A DNA stretch of 64,000 nt, taken from NCBI GenBank assembly GCA_028534125.1, contig CM052817.1, forward strand, positions 28,088,001-28,152,000. The letters run 5' to 3'. Position numbers and translations under genes: made by a program. This document shows, piece after piece, positions 52,191-64,000 of the stretch (positions are counted from its first letter, which is position 1; each line of letters begins with the position of its first letter). Below the pieces are notes generated by a model. It saw only the letters and a program-made list of their open reading frames with translations. It made no database searches and was not told the DNA's origin. The DNA comes from Lama glama. Taxonomy: Eukaryota.

Positions 52191-53094
52191 AGTGAGACAC
52201 TAAAATGTACTCATCTGCATCTGAGATATCTGAGCGTGGGCGTTTTGTTCTTGTTTTCTTTTCAATTACCTACCTGTCTGAGAAAACAGGTTACTAGAGG
52301 GAGGAGGGCAATAAAAAGAACTGTGGATTGTAGAGGCAATTCACAGTCAAACCAGAGAGACTGGACTGGAGAACAGGGGGATTCCAAAAGCAAGCATTGT
52401 TCATTTCATAGTGCTTGAAGGCCAGGCTTGTTAGGATTAATGACAAACAAGGAGGAAAAGACCAGCGGGAGCCTGCCCTCCCTTCCCCTGGGCATCTCAG
52501 GAGTGTTTGACAAGCACGTCGGGGGCTCAGGGAAACGGAGCACACACTGATCTGTAGGTGGTACAAGGCGTTTTAGGATGTTGCTGCCACCGTTGCTTCT
52601 GCCCTGCCGACCAGTCAGGGAGCTGCGTCATCTCCCCTTTGATTTGAAATTCCAGATTAATGGGCCTGAAAATTGAATTAGCTCAGCGACTGCTCAAAGG
52701 TCCATGGTGAAATAGGGACAGCCTGTGGCTAGGTGCTACACGATCTTTTCAGCTTGGCGTTTTCAGGGTTAAATTTGAGATGGTAATACCACGTGGGCAA
52801 ACCAAAGGTGGGGTTAGAGCTCAGATGTTCTAAAATGTGTTCAGGTGTCAAAATGTAGGATGAACATTCCCTTGTTTTTCTTTGCCTCGATGCGCCTCAA
52901 GGTTTTCAAAGCAACAAGACTGGTCCAAGAAAATAAGCAAATAAAGCATGGCGTAAAGGTGGTCTCTGCAAGGAGTTAACTTATCTTTTTCAATTGCTTG
53001 AGAACCCTAGTGATGTTTTCTCTCTTGTAAACAAAAATGGAAGCTTCTGACTGAGTTGGCTCCCTGACAAGGCTTTGGGGATGGGTCTCTGCAG

Positions 53095-54620
53095 TGGGGG
53101 CTTCCCTATCAAGCCCCAGGGCCCCTCACTTGCACTAGTCCCATCTCAGGCCCTGCAAGGAGCTGCCCTAGCAATGCGTTCTACTAGTCATATGTTTTGT
53201 AAAATTTGGAAAAAAAAAAGTGTTTCAACATCAATCAGTTAAGATTATTATCTCCACCCCAAATTTTGCTCTCACATACCTCCTCTCATGGTATGTGACC
53301 TTGGAGGGGCTGTATGTGTTTTTGGGATCTGGCTAAGGGGTTTATAAGATAATTTGTGTAGTTTGCACAGTCACTTCAATATGTACCTAGGTTATTGCCA
53401 GGTATTCTAATGTTCACATAGTTTACACTCACTGCTCACTATATCCGGCATCTTCACCTAAAGCTACAGTATCATGATGTAAACTAGTTCCAGAAGCATG
53501 TTGGTAAGAAATGCGAACGTAAAATACTGCAAACCATATCAGTAAACAAAGAATGCTGAAGCCATCAAGTCATCAGCGGCTGCTGCCACCCCCCAGTGAA
53601 GACAAGCCTGCAGCCCAGCCTCTGCAGCCACTGACAGTGGTGCACTCCGGGGGGACTCAGAATAAGAAAGGACAAGATACTGGCCCTAGATAGCTAGATG
53701 CTTGTCAAAGGAATGAATTCAATGAGCCGAAATGTTTGCTTCCTTCCATACATACAAAAGCACTAAATTCTTTAACTTGCGATGCCTGTTTTTCTTTAGG
53801 TAACAAGTAATCTTTTATTATTCCAACTACCTGGTCTTTGTTGTAAAGCTCCTGTATAAGGTAGCTCCTCCCCTGCCTCTTGGGAGCAGTCCCTCAGAGC
53901 GATCTGAGAGGCTGTCATTCTGGCTCGAGTCCTCCCACCAAGTAAAACATAACTCTCAAATTTAAGGCTGTGCATTTATTTCAGTCAACAGAAAAAAGGG
54001 TGAAACAAAGCTTGGAATGTGTGGAGTCAGAAACTAGTCCATGGAAAATTCTCCCATGGTCAGACATGTAAAATTGTAAGTGGAGAATTCAGTTTGTGTT
54101 GTTACCTAACTAAAGCAGAATTTCTTTCTAGTCAGTAACATTCTATCTTTTTTATGGAATATCCACGAAATAGAATTTATCAGAATTCCTGTGTTTATAG
54201 GACACACATATATAGCAGTAGGACAAACTGGTGAAGTTGCATATTTTATGCATTCCCAGCACATCAGTGGCACTTCAGAATATCTGATATATCTTGCCTT
54301 AATGAAGTTGGTGGTTCCAGACCAAATGGCAGGTAAAATTGTCTGCAATAAAATGGAACAATCAACTGTGTTGAAGGAAAAGAATGACTTACGCTACTAG
54401 TCTCTGTATTGAAAAATGTTTCAAAGTGATTGTATGAAGAGGCAGTCAAAGAATATATAGCCAAAAAATGAAGGAAAAAGGGTATTATAGAGGTGTTTCT
54501 GATGGTTGATTACTATGTTATATTATTATTTTAATTTTGTAATGGTTTCATTTTTAGTAGACTTTTTAAAATTTATAATTTGTTGTGATTCCATCTCTCC
54601 TTCGAAATAAATAGCCCTTT
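53095..54620 (+). mobile_element. Zaphod/MER115-like hAT-Tip100 transposon remnant, interrupted by an LTR
   Basis: 5' end cagggcccctcacttgcac...ccctagcaatg; 54362-54470 encodes a frameshifted hAT C-terminal dimerisation-like segment (STVLKE...YEEAVKEYIAKK). Confidence 0.6.
53512..53990 (+). mobile_element. ERV1-type solo LTR
   Basis: TG...CA termini; 4-bp TSD GAAA (53508-53511, 53991-53994); TATA-like tgtataag; AGTAAA. Confidence 0.75.
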
Positions 54621-54859
54621 TATATCTAACCTGATATTCTCAATTTTACATTCTTTTCTTAGAGAGCTTCCAAATGAAGTGTCAGGTTGGACAAAACTCA
54701 GACCTGCCCCCCTCTCTCTGTGAAGGAAATTCCCACATGAGGGGCAGGTCATAAAGCAGAAGTGGAGAAGGGGATTGTGGGCCTTGACTTGAGACTTTTC
54801 TACTTGCTCAGGGGTGAGGTTCTCTTCTGAACTCAGCAATTTTATTGGCTGAGTGGTCA

Positions 54860-55474
54860 TGATGCAGGAAAATGGCTGTGGAGAGTGAGGAGGGCCGTGT
54901 CCCAGGCTTCCGCTGAGTCCCTGGGATGTGCCCCACCAAGCCTGGGTCCTTGGCTTCGCGCAGGAAAGAATTCAAGAGTGAGCCAGAGTTGAATAAAGGT
55001 AGATTTATTCAGAGAGATACATTTAAAGGCAAGAGAAGGGCCAAGAGTTGTGGGGGTTGGATGGGCAGATTAAAAGTAGGTACACACTCCATAGACAGAG
55101 TGCAGGCTGTCTCTGAGGAGGGGCAGGGAGGCAGCCTTGAGGCACTGCGTTGCTAGTTTTTATGGTCTTGGTGGCTTCATATGCTAATAAGTGGAAGGAC
55201 CAGTCTAAGTAGCCTGGGGAAGGGCTGGGATTCCCAGGAAGTTGGCCATTTCCCACTCTTTGACCTTCTGTGGTTAGCCTTGGGACTGCTGTTGTGCCTC
55301 TCGGCATGTTAATATATTACAATGAGCGTATAATGAAGCTCAAGATCTACTAGAAGTTAAATCTCCCACAATCTTGAGCCTCAAGGCTTACTGGGGGGCT
55401 GAATCTTCTACCATTTTGATGTTAATTGCTGTAGCATTCCTTGAATGGCTGTGCCCTGCCTTCTTCCTATCTCA
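54860..55474 (-). mobile_element. ERV1-type solo LTR
   Basis: TG...CA termini; 4-bp TSD GTCA (54856-54859, 55475-55478); minus-strand AATAAA near 55004. Confidence 0.8.
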
Positions 55475-56865
55475 GTCAGATCCACATCTCCGAGAGAGGG
55501 AAAAGGGGAGAGGAATGCTCTTTATTGGACACCCGAGAGCAAAATGCTAGGAACACACCAGCGCTTTTCATCCGTGGTCTCATTTAGTCCGCACAGCTAG
55601 TTTATGAGGTTGGAAGAAGCTACACTGAGTGGACGCAGAACTTACACCAAGTGGACATGCTGGAATTAGAACCTGTATCTGTCTGACTTTATGAACTATG
55701 ATTTTTGACATGACTTACAGATTTAAGACTCTGAGATCCCTCTTCTATAAAATGAGGATAACTATGTCTTATTTACCCGCTTCCCAGGATTGTGTCAGCC
55801 ATCAAATGAAGCAGGCTGTGAGAAAGGACTTTAAATATTATTCCGTAAATATGAAACCATGCTCATGATCTGCAGCTCGGCATGCAGCCCCTGTGATTTG
55901 GAGTATTAAATTATTCAACAGTAACAGCTCTGAGATATTGCAGCAAATGGAGCTACTTAAATGTCTTTCAAAAGCAGTGACATTGCAGGTTTTCTGTGCC
56001 TACTGGGTTAGCTGTTTTCTGCTTGGACCCCAATAGGGAGATATCTCTTTTTACTCTAGGAGCTCTTGGCTCCACCCAGAGCAGAGAATAGAGGTTAGAA
56101 GGATAATCACGATGGTAAAAAGAGACAAAGAGCTTAGAGCTGAGTTTGCAGAAAGAAATGACCCTTAATACACAGCATATTGGAGAAAGTCGTCGTCAGC
56201 CAATGGCAGTTGTTAAAGATTTGGTCATTTCAGTGAACTTTGTGCTTTGCAGAGTCTCAGAACAATATGTTAAATGTATTTCAGGTTTAAATTACAAGGT
56301 TACTGGTAGAATTTGGAAGACGATACATCCAGATGGGACCAACACAGTCTATTCCCTTGGCCAGGCTGGGTAAGGAAGATGAATTCCTCATTAAAAAGAA
56401 GCGTTTGGTTAATATCAGTATAAAATTGTAGAATTATTTAGAGAAAGTTGTGTATGTTAATGTTCAAGTAAACTGTATATTAATATGAACAGATTTTTCA
56501 TTTCAAAGTATGTGATTGGTAGTTCTCAGTTAAACTGTTTTTTTTTCCTTCAAGTGATATGAATTTAAAAATAATTCTAAGTATTTTTATAGATAGGTAC
56601 TTGAACTAGATAGATCATACATAATTATTGTTATCAAGATTCTGATTTTTGGAAAAGGTAAAGCTAGGTTAGAAGAACTGCTTTAACAGGGTTTATTACT
56701 GAATGTGCTACCTGCAAGGCCGCACTGAGGTATAGAACTTGATAGGCAGGTTAAAGAACTTGAACTTTTTCAGACAGAAATTTTAAAAATCTATTTAAAA
56801 TTTTTATACAGTGGAGGTGAGGAGAAACTTTTTTTCTAAGACGTTATAACAGACAGAATCACATA

Positions 56866-57165
56866 CAAGCATACCTTGGAGACATTGCAGATTCAGTTTC
56901 AGACCACTGCAATAAAGTGAATATTACAATAAAGCCAGTCAACATGAGTTTTTTGGTTTCCCAGAGCATATTAAAGTTATGTTTACATTATACTGTAGTC
57001 TATTAAGTGTGCAATAACATTATCTCTGAAAAAACAATGTACATTCCTTAATGAAAAATACTTTATTGCTAAAAGATGCTAACCATCATCTGACAATTCA
57101 GGGTTGCCACAAAACTTTAATTTGTGAAAAATGCAGAATCTGCAAAGCACAGTGAAAGGAGGTAA
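56866..57165 (+). mobile_element. Internally deleted Tigger1 derivative
   Basis: TA + caagcataccttggagacattgcag...cagaccactgcaataaag (Tigger1 5' end) joined to cagggttgccacaaaactttaatttgt (3' end). Confidence 0.85.
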
Positions 57166-57419
57166 ACATTGATAATATCCAAGATATTTGTCAGGTTATA
57201 TTCTATTTATCTAGTTCTTATCTTTCCATTTTTCTTTTATTATTTTTAATCTGTAGATGTTATAGAGTTACAGAGTTCCAAGACAACTTCCTAGAAGCCA
57301 CAGTTTGAAATTTAGTAAACTGAATTACTCATTCCCATAAGCCAACCTATGTCTAGCTTTTCATTTTATTTTTAATGATTATTTTTTCTTTTTCACATTA
57401 CCACTTTCTCCACTGTATC

Positions 57420-57546
57420 TTTTTCTTGATTGAAATATAGTTGGTTTACAATATTGTATTTGTTTCAGATAAACAGCAAAGTGATTGTCATGAATAAATA
57501 TATAATATATATTTATATTATATATATATTTATATTATATATATAT
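57420..57546 (-). mobile_element. L1 3' end running into (TA)n and the gap
   Basis: ttgaaatatagttggtttacaatattgtatttgtttcag. Confidence 0.75.
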
Positions 57547-58046
57547 NNNNNNNNNNNNNNNNNNNNNNNNNNNNNNNNNNNNNNNNNNNNNNNNNNNNNN
57601 NNNNNNNNNNNNNNNNNNNNNNNNNNNNNNNNNNNNNNNNNNNNNNNNNNNNNNNNNNNNNNNNNNNNNNNNNNNNNNNNNNNNNNNNNNNNNNNNNNNN
57701 NNNNNNNNNNNNNNNNNNNNNNNNNNNNNNNNNNNNNNNNNNNNNNNNNNNNNNNNNNNNNNNNNNNNNNNNNNNNNNNNNNNNNNNNNNNNNNNNNNNN
57801 NNNNNNNNNNNNNNNNNNNNNNNNNNNNNNNNNNNNNNNNNNNNNNNNNNNNNNNNNNNNNNNNNNNNNNNNNNNNNNNNNNNNNNNNNNNNNNNNNNNN
57901 NNNNNNNNNNNNNNNNNNNNNNNNNNNNNNNNNNNNNNNNNNNNNNNNNNNNNNNNNNNNNNNNNNNNNNNNNNNNNNNNNNNNNNNNNNNNNNNNNNNN
58001 NNNNNNNNNNNNNNNNNNNNNNNNNNNNNNNNNNNNNNNNNNNNNN
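57547..58046. other. Assembly gap (500 N)
   Basis: N run after (TA)n. Confidence 1.
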
Positions 58047-60539
58047 TTAGGTTGTCTTAGATTTTCAAGTTTATATATATACAAATTCAAAAGCTTTGGG
58101 AACTGCATTAACTCATTTTGCAAAAGATTAACTCATTCTGCAAACACCATAACTCATTCACTGCATGAATGTTACTATGGGACAGTTAACTGAACTCTGC
58201 TTTCTAGGGGGATGTGATTTTCAACCACAGAGCTCACAATGCATAGCCCTCATGCCTTCTCTCCAGGGAAACTTTCTGGCCTTTTCTGGGCACAACTTAT
58301 GTGCTTTTAAATAACAGATAACTTTCTAGTTTACATGCGGACTCAAAATTACAATCTCACCAGAAGCACAAACACATCTCTAGATCTCTACATGAACACA
58401 GAATTTTTTTCTGTGTTGCTGGCTCCCTGTTTTTCCTCTTTGCCAGTTTAACCTTCATCTCAGACAATGGAATCAACAGTCCCCTGTTACCTTGGCAACG
58501 ATGATAGGATAATAGAATTATAATCTCCCAGTGTTCCCTCCTAGCATCATGCTCTTGGAAGAGAAAGACAACACAATTATGAAATATAATTTGTGCTACT
58601 TTGAAGTGGCAGCATCCATTCATTTTAAGCATATGGCATTTATTGATTAAAAGATGATGTATGTTGAACTTCTTGTGATTAAAAAAAAACTCAACCACAA
58701 GAATAAGACTGAAGTCTGTCTCAGGATAAGAATTTCTTTTACATATATATATTTTTTTTTTCAGTCAGCTTTACATGTTTCTTTTGACCTTTTACTTTTT
58801 CATCAATTTGAAAATAATGACTAAGAAAAAGTTATCAGCACGGCAGTCTTTAGGAGCATTGCCATTTTATCTGAATAGATTTCAGAATTCTTGAGGCTCT
58901 TCACGCTTTCTACAAGCACATTCTCACTGTAGAAAAATAAATTGACACTCTAGGGGCTTACACTTCCAAACTAGCACATTCAGCAATGACATTCTGTTGA
59001 AATCTGCTGCTGATTTGGAAAATTGCTTTTCCAGTTTGCTTTTCCAGATCAGTTTCCTGAGCTGATGCTTCTAATACTGTGACTCTACTTGCATGTTCTC
59101 TTGTTTCTTTCCTGATTCTGGAAAATCCCAAGCATAAAGCCTAATATTTATAATATCAAAGAATACTTTGAGAATCTCTGGGTCTGATTCAGTATTTTTG
59201 ATACTTTATTCATTAATCTTTATTCTCAAGTGCCGTATTTGTTCATTCTGTCTAAACTTTCTTCCATCCCGTAGCATTTGGATTTGTTTTTGTTATGGTT
59301 CCAGGCAGAATGTGGAGGAGTATATGTCCCCTGTGTAGGATAAATATATGCATAATTTCATTCATTGATTTTTCTCTTTGTTAGAAATTAAGAGATGTCA
59401 GATCCATACACCAATATCCTGAAATAATAATGGAGGTAGTTAAAAATTCTTTTTGCTATAAGATATATTTATAAATACTTTACATAGTGACAGTCTGAAC
59501 GAAGAAGGACATAAAGGTGTTTTTTTTTTTTCCTTCCAGTTTTGAGAACCTTAGCCACACAATACACAAGAAACTCCTTATTCAAGAGAAAATAGCAAAA
59601 TCCTCATTTAGTGCTCAAGAACGAAGCTGAAGCTTATAGCTCCTTGGTGCTAAGTGAAGTGGATGTTTGAATCACTTGGCTTTTGTAAGCTGAAGGCAGC
59701 TAAGTCAAGGCTTCAGCACCTAAATAGGTAAACTTGATTCATTGCTCTTTGATTTCCTTGGGAGGTAGATCCTACAGACACAGTATATTATTTACTCTTC
59801 AGCATTCAACAATTTCTAATGTAGTGAAGATGGGGCCTTTATTGACACCAGTAGCATTATATGACTCAGATATTTTTGCCTGAAAAGTAAACAGACTTTA
59901 TTTCCCACCTTGCTTCTAGACTGGAAGCAGGACAGGAAGGGATGGAGGTAATCATGCTAGGTGTTATTCACCTCGCTCCTCAGTGTGTGGTCAGTCAGTC
60001 TGTTCTGACATTAAAATCTAATTTAGCTAATTTTAATTCAGCAAACATTTCTCTGAGCACTATTTTTGTGCAAAACGCTCTACCAGATACAGTGGGGAAA
60101 TCAAAGATAAGAATTGAACTGGAAAATCTATTTCGGGAAGCTATTGCTTGGGGACTCTTCATGGATTCTCCTTCATCGGTGATTGTGTTAATTGTAGAGA
60201 GTTGAGGTAATTATGTAAGGGAAATGCTGGGTACATGCTGAGTCCACAGCCAAGCAACCCCGGGAGTCTGAGATGACCATGCCCACTGAGGATCTGAAGT
60301 GACAGGTAGAACCAGGGCTGAAACCCCTTGCTCCCAGAATAGCACTTAACACACAGTCAACAGTCCAGAGCTGTGTAGACTGAATGAGCTGCAGCAACCT
60401 GGAGCCCTTCTCCAGGATCTAAGTGATGACAGATTGGTTGAGCTTTGAAGCTCTAGAATCAGATCAGAAACAGATTACCTTGAGTCCCTGTCAGCTATTT
60501 AGGCTCACCTGGCTCCATTCTTCTTCCTGTCCTCCAAAT

Positions 60540-60852
60540 GGTAACCCCCACCCCATATGCATGGGGTTTCGCATCCAAGGACTCAACTAACTGCAGATGG
60601 AAAATATTCAAAAAAATTCCAGAAAGTTCCAAAAGCAAAACTTGAATTTGGCACACACTGGCGACTATATAAATAGCATTTACATTGTATTAAGTATTAC
60701 AAATAATCTAGAGATGATTTAAACTATAAAGGAGGATGTGTATAGGTTATATGCAAATATTAAGCCATTTCAGATAAAGGACTTGAGCATCCATAGATTT
60801 TAGTATCGGTGGGGGTCCTGGAACCAATCTCCCAATATACTTAGGGATGAGT
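60540..60852 (-). mobile_element. MER2-like TcMar-Tigger DNA transposon
   Basis: ataatctagagatgatttaaa...ttatatgcaaat...ggacttgagcatcc...gggggtcctggaaccaatc. Confidence 0.88.
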
Positions 60853-60899
60853 TTATTTATATTTAGCTATTTTAAGGAACTTATAAGAACTTATACCTA

Positions 60900-61090
60900 T
60901 CATCCATTGAGCAGCATTCTAAGCAGTTCATATCCATCATTCTATTCAGTCTTGCCAAATATTTGATGCAATAAAAATGACTATTTGACAGATGAGGAAA
61001 CTGAGGCTCCAGGTTACTTAGGGGATAGCATATCTAAAGTTTAAACCCAGCTTTGTGTGTACCCACACCCCCATTCCTAACCACTAATCT
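60900..61090 (-). mobile_element. MIR fragment
   Basis: tttgacagatgaggaaactgaggctc. Confidence 0.75.
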
Positions 61091-61756
61091 GTAAACTAAG
61101 AAATCGTCCATCTTTCATCTTATAATACAGTAGTCCTGTTTTCAAATAATATTCTCTTCAATGCGCTCAGTTTCTTTTCTGATTAGAAGTTCTCTGCACT
61201 TTAAATTAACAATTGAGCTGTAAATTCTGATTTGCAAATTCATGTTGATTAAGAAAGGTTCAATATTCTATAAGCTGAAAAGTTTCAGGGATAGCTCATT
61301 TCCCCTATTTCACTGATGGTTAGTGAGCCTTTTTTCCCCTCTCATCACCAAGGTAGTTAGAAAATAAAAATTGATAGGTTCTTTCTCTCCAAATAGAAGT
61401 TCTGAGAACAGCACTTGGGGAGTGAGTCATAATTTATTGCTTCTCGAGGGACAAGTGTTACTGGAGAAAGTCCATTACCTTGCCAACAGCTGGCAAAATT
61501 TCTTCTTCACTTTCAGTGATCAATTTTTAGCACTTTCAGGACCGAAAAATAAAATAGTGAATGTGATCACTGTAAAGTAGCAGCAAGTGGAAGCATTTTG
61601 CCCATATTTACTGTGATCAAGTGATTTAAAAATATGCTCCAAATGCCAGGAATATACTTAAAATCACTTCTCCCCAAGCAATGATACTCACGCACAGAAT
61701 AATATGTGGGCAATATTTGGAGACAAGATGAGTGAAAGAATAATTATGTTATAGAA

Positions 61757-62017
61757 AATCAAAGGGGAAAGGAGGGAGGGATAAATTAGGAGTTTGGGAT
61801 TTGCAGATACTAACTATTATATATATATAATTGATAGACAACAAGGTCCTACTGTATAGCACAAGGAACTATATTTAATATCTTATAATAACCTATAACC
61901 TTGTAATAACTTTTTTCATGAAAAAGAATATGAAAAAGAATATGTATAACTGAATCACTATGCTGTACACCAGAAACTAACACAACATTGAAAATCAACT
62001 ATGCTTCAATAAAAAAG
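61757..62017 (+). mobile_element. Cetartiodactyl-type L1 3' end
   Basis: aaaggggaaaggagggagggataaattaggagtttgggatt...ctgtatagcacaaggaactat...aataaaaaag; imperfect TSD aaagaat..atgtt. Confidence 0.9.
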
Positions 62018-62469
62018 AATATGTTTCATGTCATACTTTCTTTACAAATAAGGAAATAATTTGATATTATGATTAAAAAAATAATACTAACAAGAAATAT
62101 CCAGGCTTAGGTCTACCTGCTAAATTTCTGTTTTAACTAGGAATTGAACAAGGGGTATTTTTTTCTTTGAATTAATCATTGATGGTAATTTCCAAGGTAG
62201 TTCTAGTTTGGTTAATATCACATTCAGCCCTCTATATAGCTTCTAGAATTTGTAACTTACTATTTTAAATAAATAGATTCTCATTCGTGTCAAACTTGAA
62301 ATAATTCTGGATTGGTAAAATCGCCTATCATTGATAGTGTTTTTGTTCATGTTTTGAGTGGTTGCATAAATCAAGAATTAAGTTAGGAAGGAAAGCCATT
62401 TCTAGTCTTGTCCTCTTTTGAGAAGACCTTTGCAGAATGAGAGTCATGCTTGTCTTTAGCCACTCTGCT

Positions 62470-62860
62470 TTTTTTGCTTCTTTGAACAAACCTGTGGTTT
62501 TCTGCCTCAGGGCCTTTTCACCTGCGACTGCAGCTGAGGAACTATCTCCAACCACTCCTGCCCACCTCAGATCTTTGCATTGATCTCTTCTAGTTTTGGT
62601 GGATGGTATTTAATGACTCCTCTTCAGAGAGGCTTACTTCTTTTAAAAGTAGACTCCCTTCTTTTATCATTTCTGATTATATCCACTTTTTCCCCTTGGT
62701 AATGCTGGTTACAATTTTTATTACATATTTACGTGTTTATTGAATGTTACCTGTCTCCCTCTAAGGGCAGGGATCATGCCTATTATGTTCACCTGTATAG
62801 ATCCAGCAACTCTTTGATGTTTAGTAGGTGCTCAATAAATATTGTTAAATGAATAAATGA
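62470..62860 (+). mobile_element. L2 3' end
   Basis: cctcagggccttttcacctgc...gtaggtgctcaataaatattgttaaatgaataaatga. Confidence 0.8.
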
Positions 62861-63796
62861 TTGTAAAAGTACATCTGAAGGAAATTCTTGCTGAAGGGTA
62901 GATGCTAAACTAGCAAAACGAAATTATAATATAGGGAATAATAAACTGATTCTGGGAAAAGATGGCAAAAAGTTAGAAAGTACTACATTCATACTGAGCA
63001 GCTAGAAACAAATTGTAAACAGAATGAGGGTGGAGAGTGTTGAGAATAGCGTTGGTGTCTTTTATTGGCGCTGACTAGATATTTGGTCATTTCAAAAACG
63101 AGGGATTCTGTACGTGCTTAAAACACACCATGCTGAACTACAGCTATTTTGTTTAAGCATTATGTTACAATGGAAAGAATGGACCATAATTTTATATATC
63201 TTTATATTTACTATAGTCTGTTGCTGTATCTTATCCTTGGGTGGCACTCAGTAGATACTTACAGAATACTCATTGCCTGAATGAAAAAAGAATTATAAGG
63301 ATTTAGCCACTGAAAAGAAGAGCTTAATTTTTATTTTAGCTTAAGACAAGTGTGTGCATTATAGTTACTGAGCGCATGGTATACATCAGGGCACATATCT
63401 TCTCTCTCTAGCAGTTACTTCTTTATGCTTGTAGTCCAATGCAGTGGTCGTGGTTGTGAATTTCTCTGTGACTCTGACAAGCTCAGTATATGGCTTCATG
63501 ATCGCTGGGGTCGTCCACCTAGCAGATGGGGAAGGAAGAGAAACAGCATGGACAGGACACCGTCTGTTAACTGCCTTGGTCCACAAATGACATGTCACTT
63601 TTGCTCACATCCCATCGGCAAAACTCCCCACTTGTTTATTCTCCCCTTAAATGCAAGAGGCTGGGCAGTGTAGTTATGTGTGTATCAGAGTGTCTCACCT
63701 TCGTACTCATTGGAAGAAAATTCACAAAATTATGAACATCTCTAGTGAAATTACTCATAACTTATTTTCAACTTTATGCTATTTTCTGAAGTTTCT

Positions 63797-63954
63797 TTTT
63801 TTAACATTTTTTGTTGATTTATAATCATTTTACAATGTTGTGTCAAATTCCAGTGTTCAGCACAATTTTTCAGTCATTCATGGACATATACACACTCATT
63901 GTCACATTTTTTTCTCTGTGATTTATCATAACATTTTGTGTATATTTCCCTGTG
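63797..63954 (-). mobile_element. Young, heavily 5'-truncated L1 (camelid-type 3' end)
   Basis: Poly-T then aacattttttgttgatttataatcattttacaatgttgtgtcaaattccag; perfect 10-bp TSD TGAAGTTTCT (63787-63796, 63955-63964). Confidence 0.85.
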
Positions 63955-64000
63955 TGAAGTTTCTAAATAGGTATAAATTAAGTTGATAACCAGGGAAAAA

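Noticed and set aside
1..64000. CRISPR array, operon, retron-like or non-retroviral viral insert
   Set aside because: No regularly spaced repeats, no gene-dense or compositionally foreign segment, and no recognisable viral or bacterial ORF

Overview
Eutherian mammalian genomic DNA, AT-rich and CpG-depleted, with four 500-N assembly gaps (1776-2275, 23842-24341, 39823-40322, 57547-58046). It is probably a cetartiodactyl, most likely a camelid. This is inferred from recalled lineage-type L1 3' ends and from my seeing no Alu, B1, Bov-tA or PRE-1 SINEs. I find no supportable protein-coding exon, CpG-island promoter, intact RNA gene or CRISPR/prokaryotic system. The window looks intergenic or deep-intronic and is dominated by transposable-element fossils: L1, L2, MIR, MaLR/ERVL/ERV1 LTRs, and Tigger and hAT DNA transposons. 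Nearly all listed ORFs are spurious, N-gap artefacts or TE-derived; only 48604-48912 is recognisable (L1 ORF2 fragment). The most notable observations are: (1) a TSD-flanked, tailless 5'-half tRNA-Gly(TCC) retrocopy at 6285-6322; (2) an apparently repeat-free block at ~36.0-36.55 kb with several hairpins/palindromes; (3) a perfect T-MARE with nearby ARE-like sites at 20.5-23.1 kb; (4) a well-formed non-coding-type exon candidate at 26861-27012; (5) a template-switch-like perfect palindrome inside an L1 tail. TE family names come from recalled consensus sequences, not a RepeatMasker run, and boundaries without TSD support are approximate. I did not find convincing evidence of a novel biological system.
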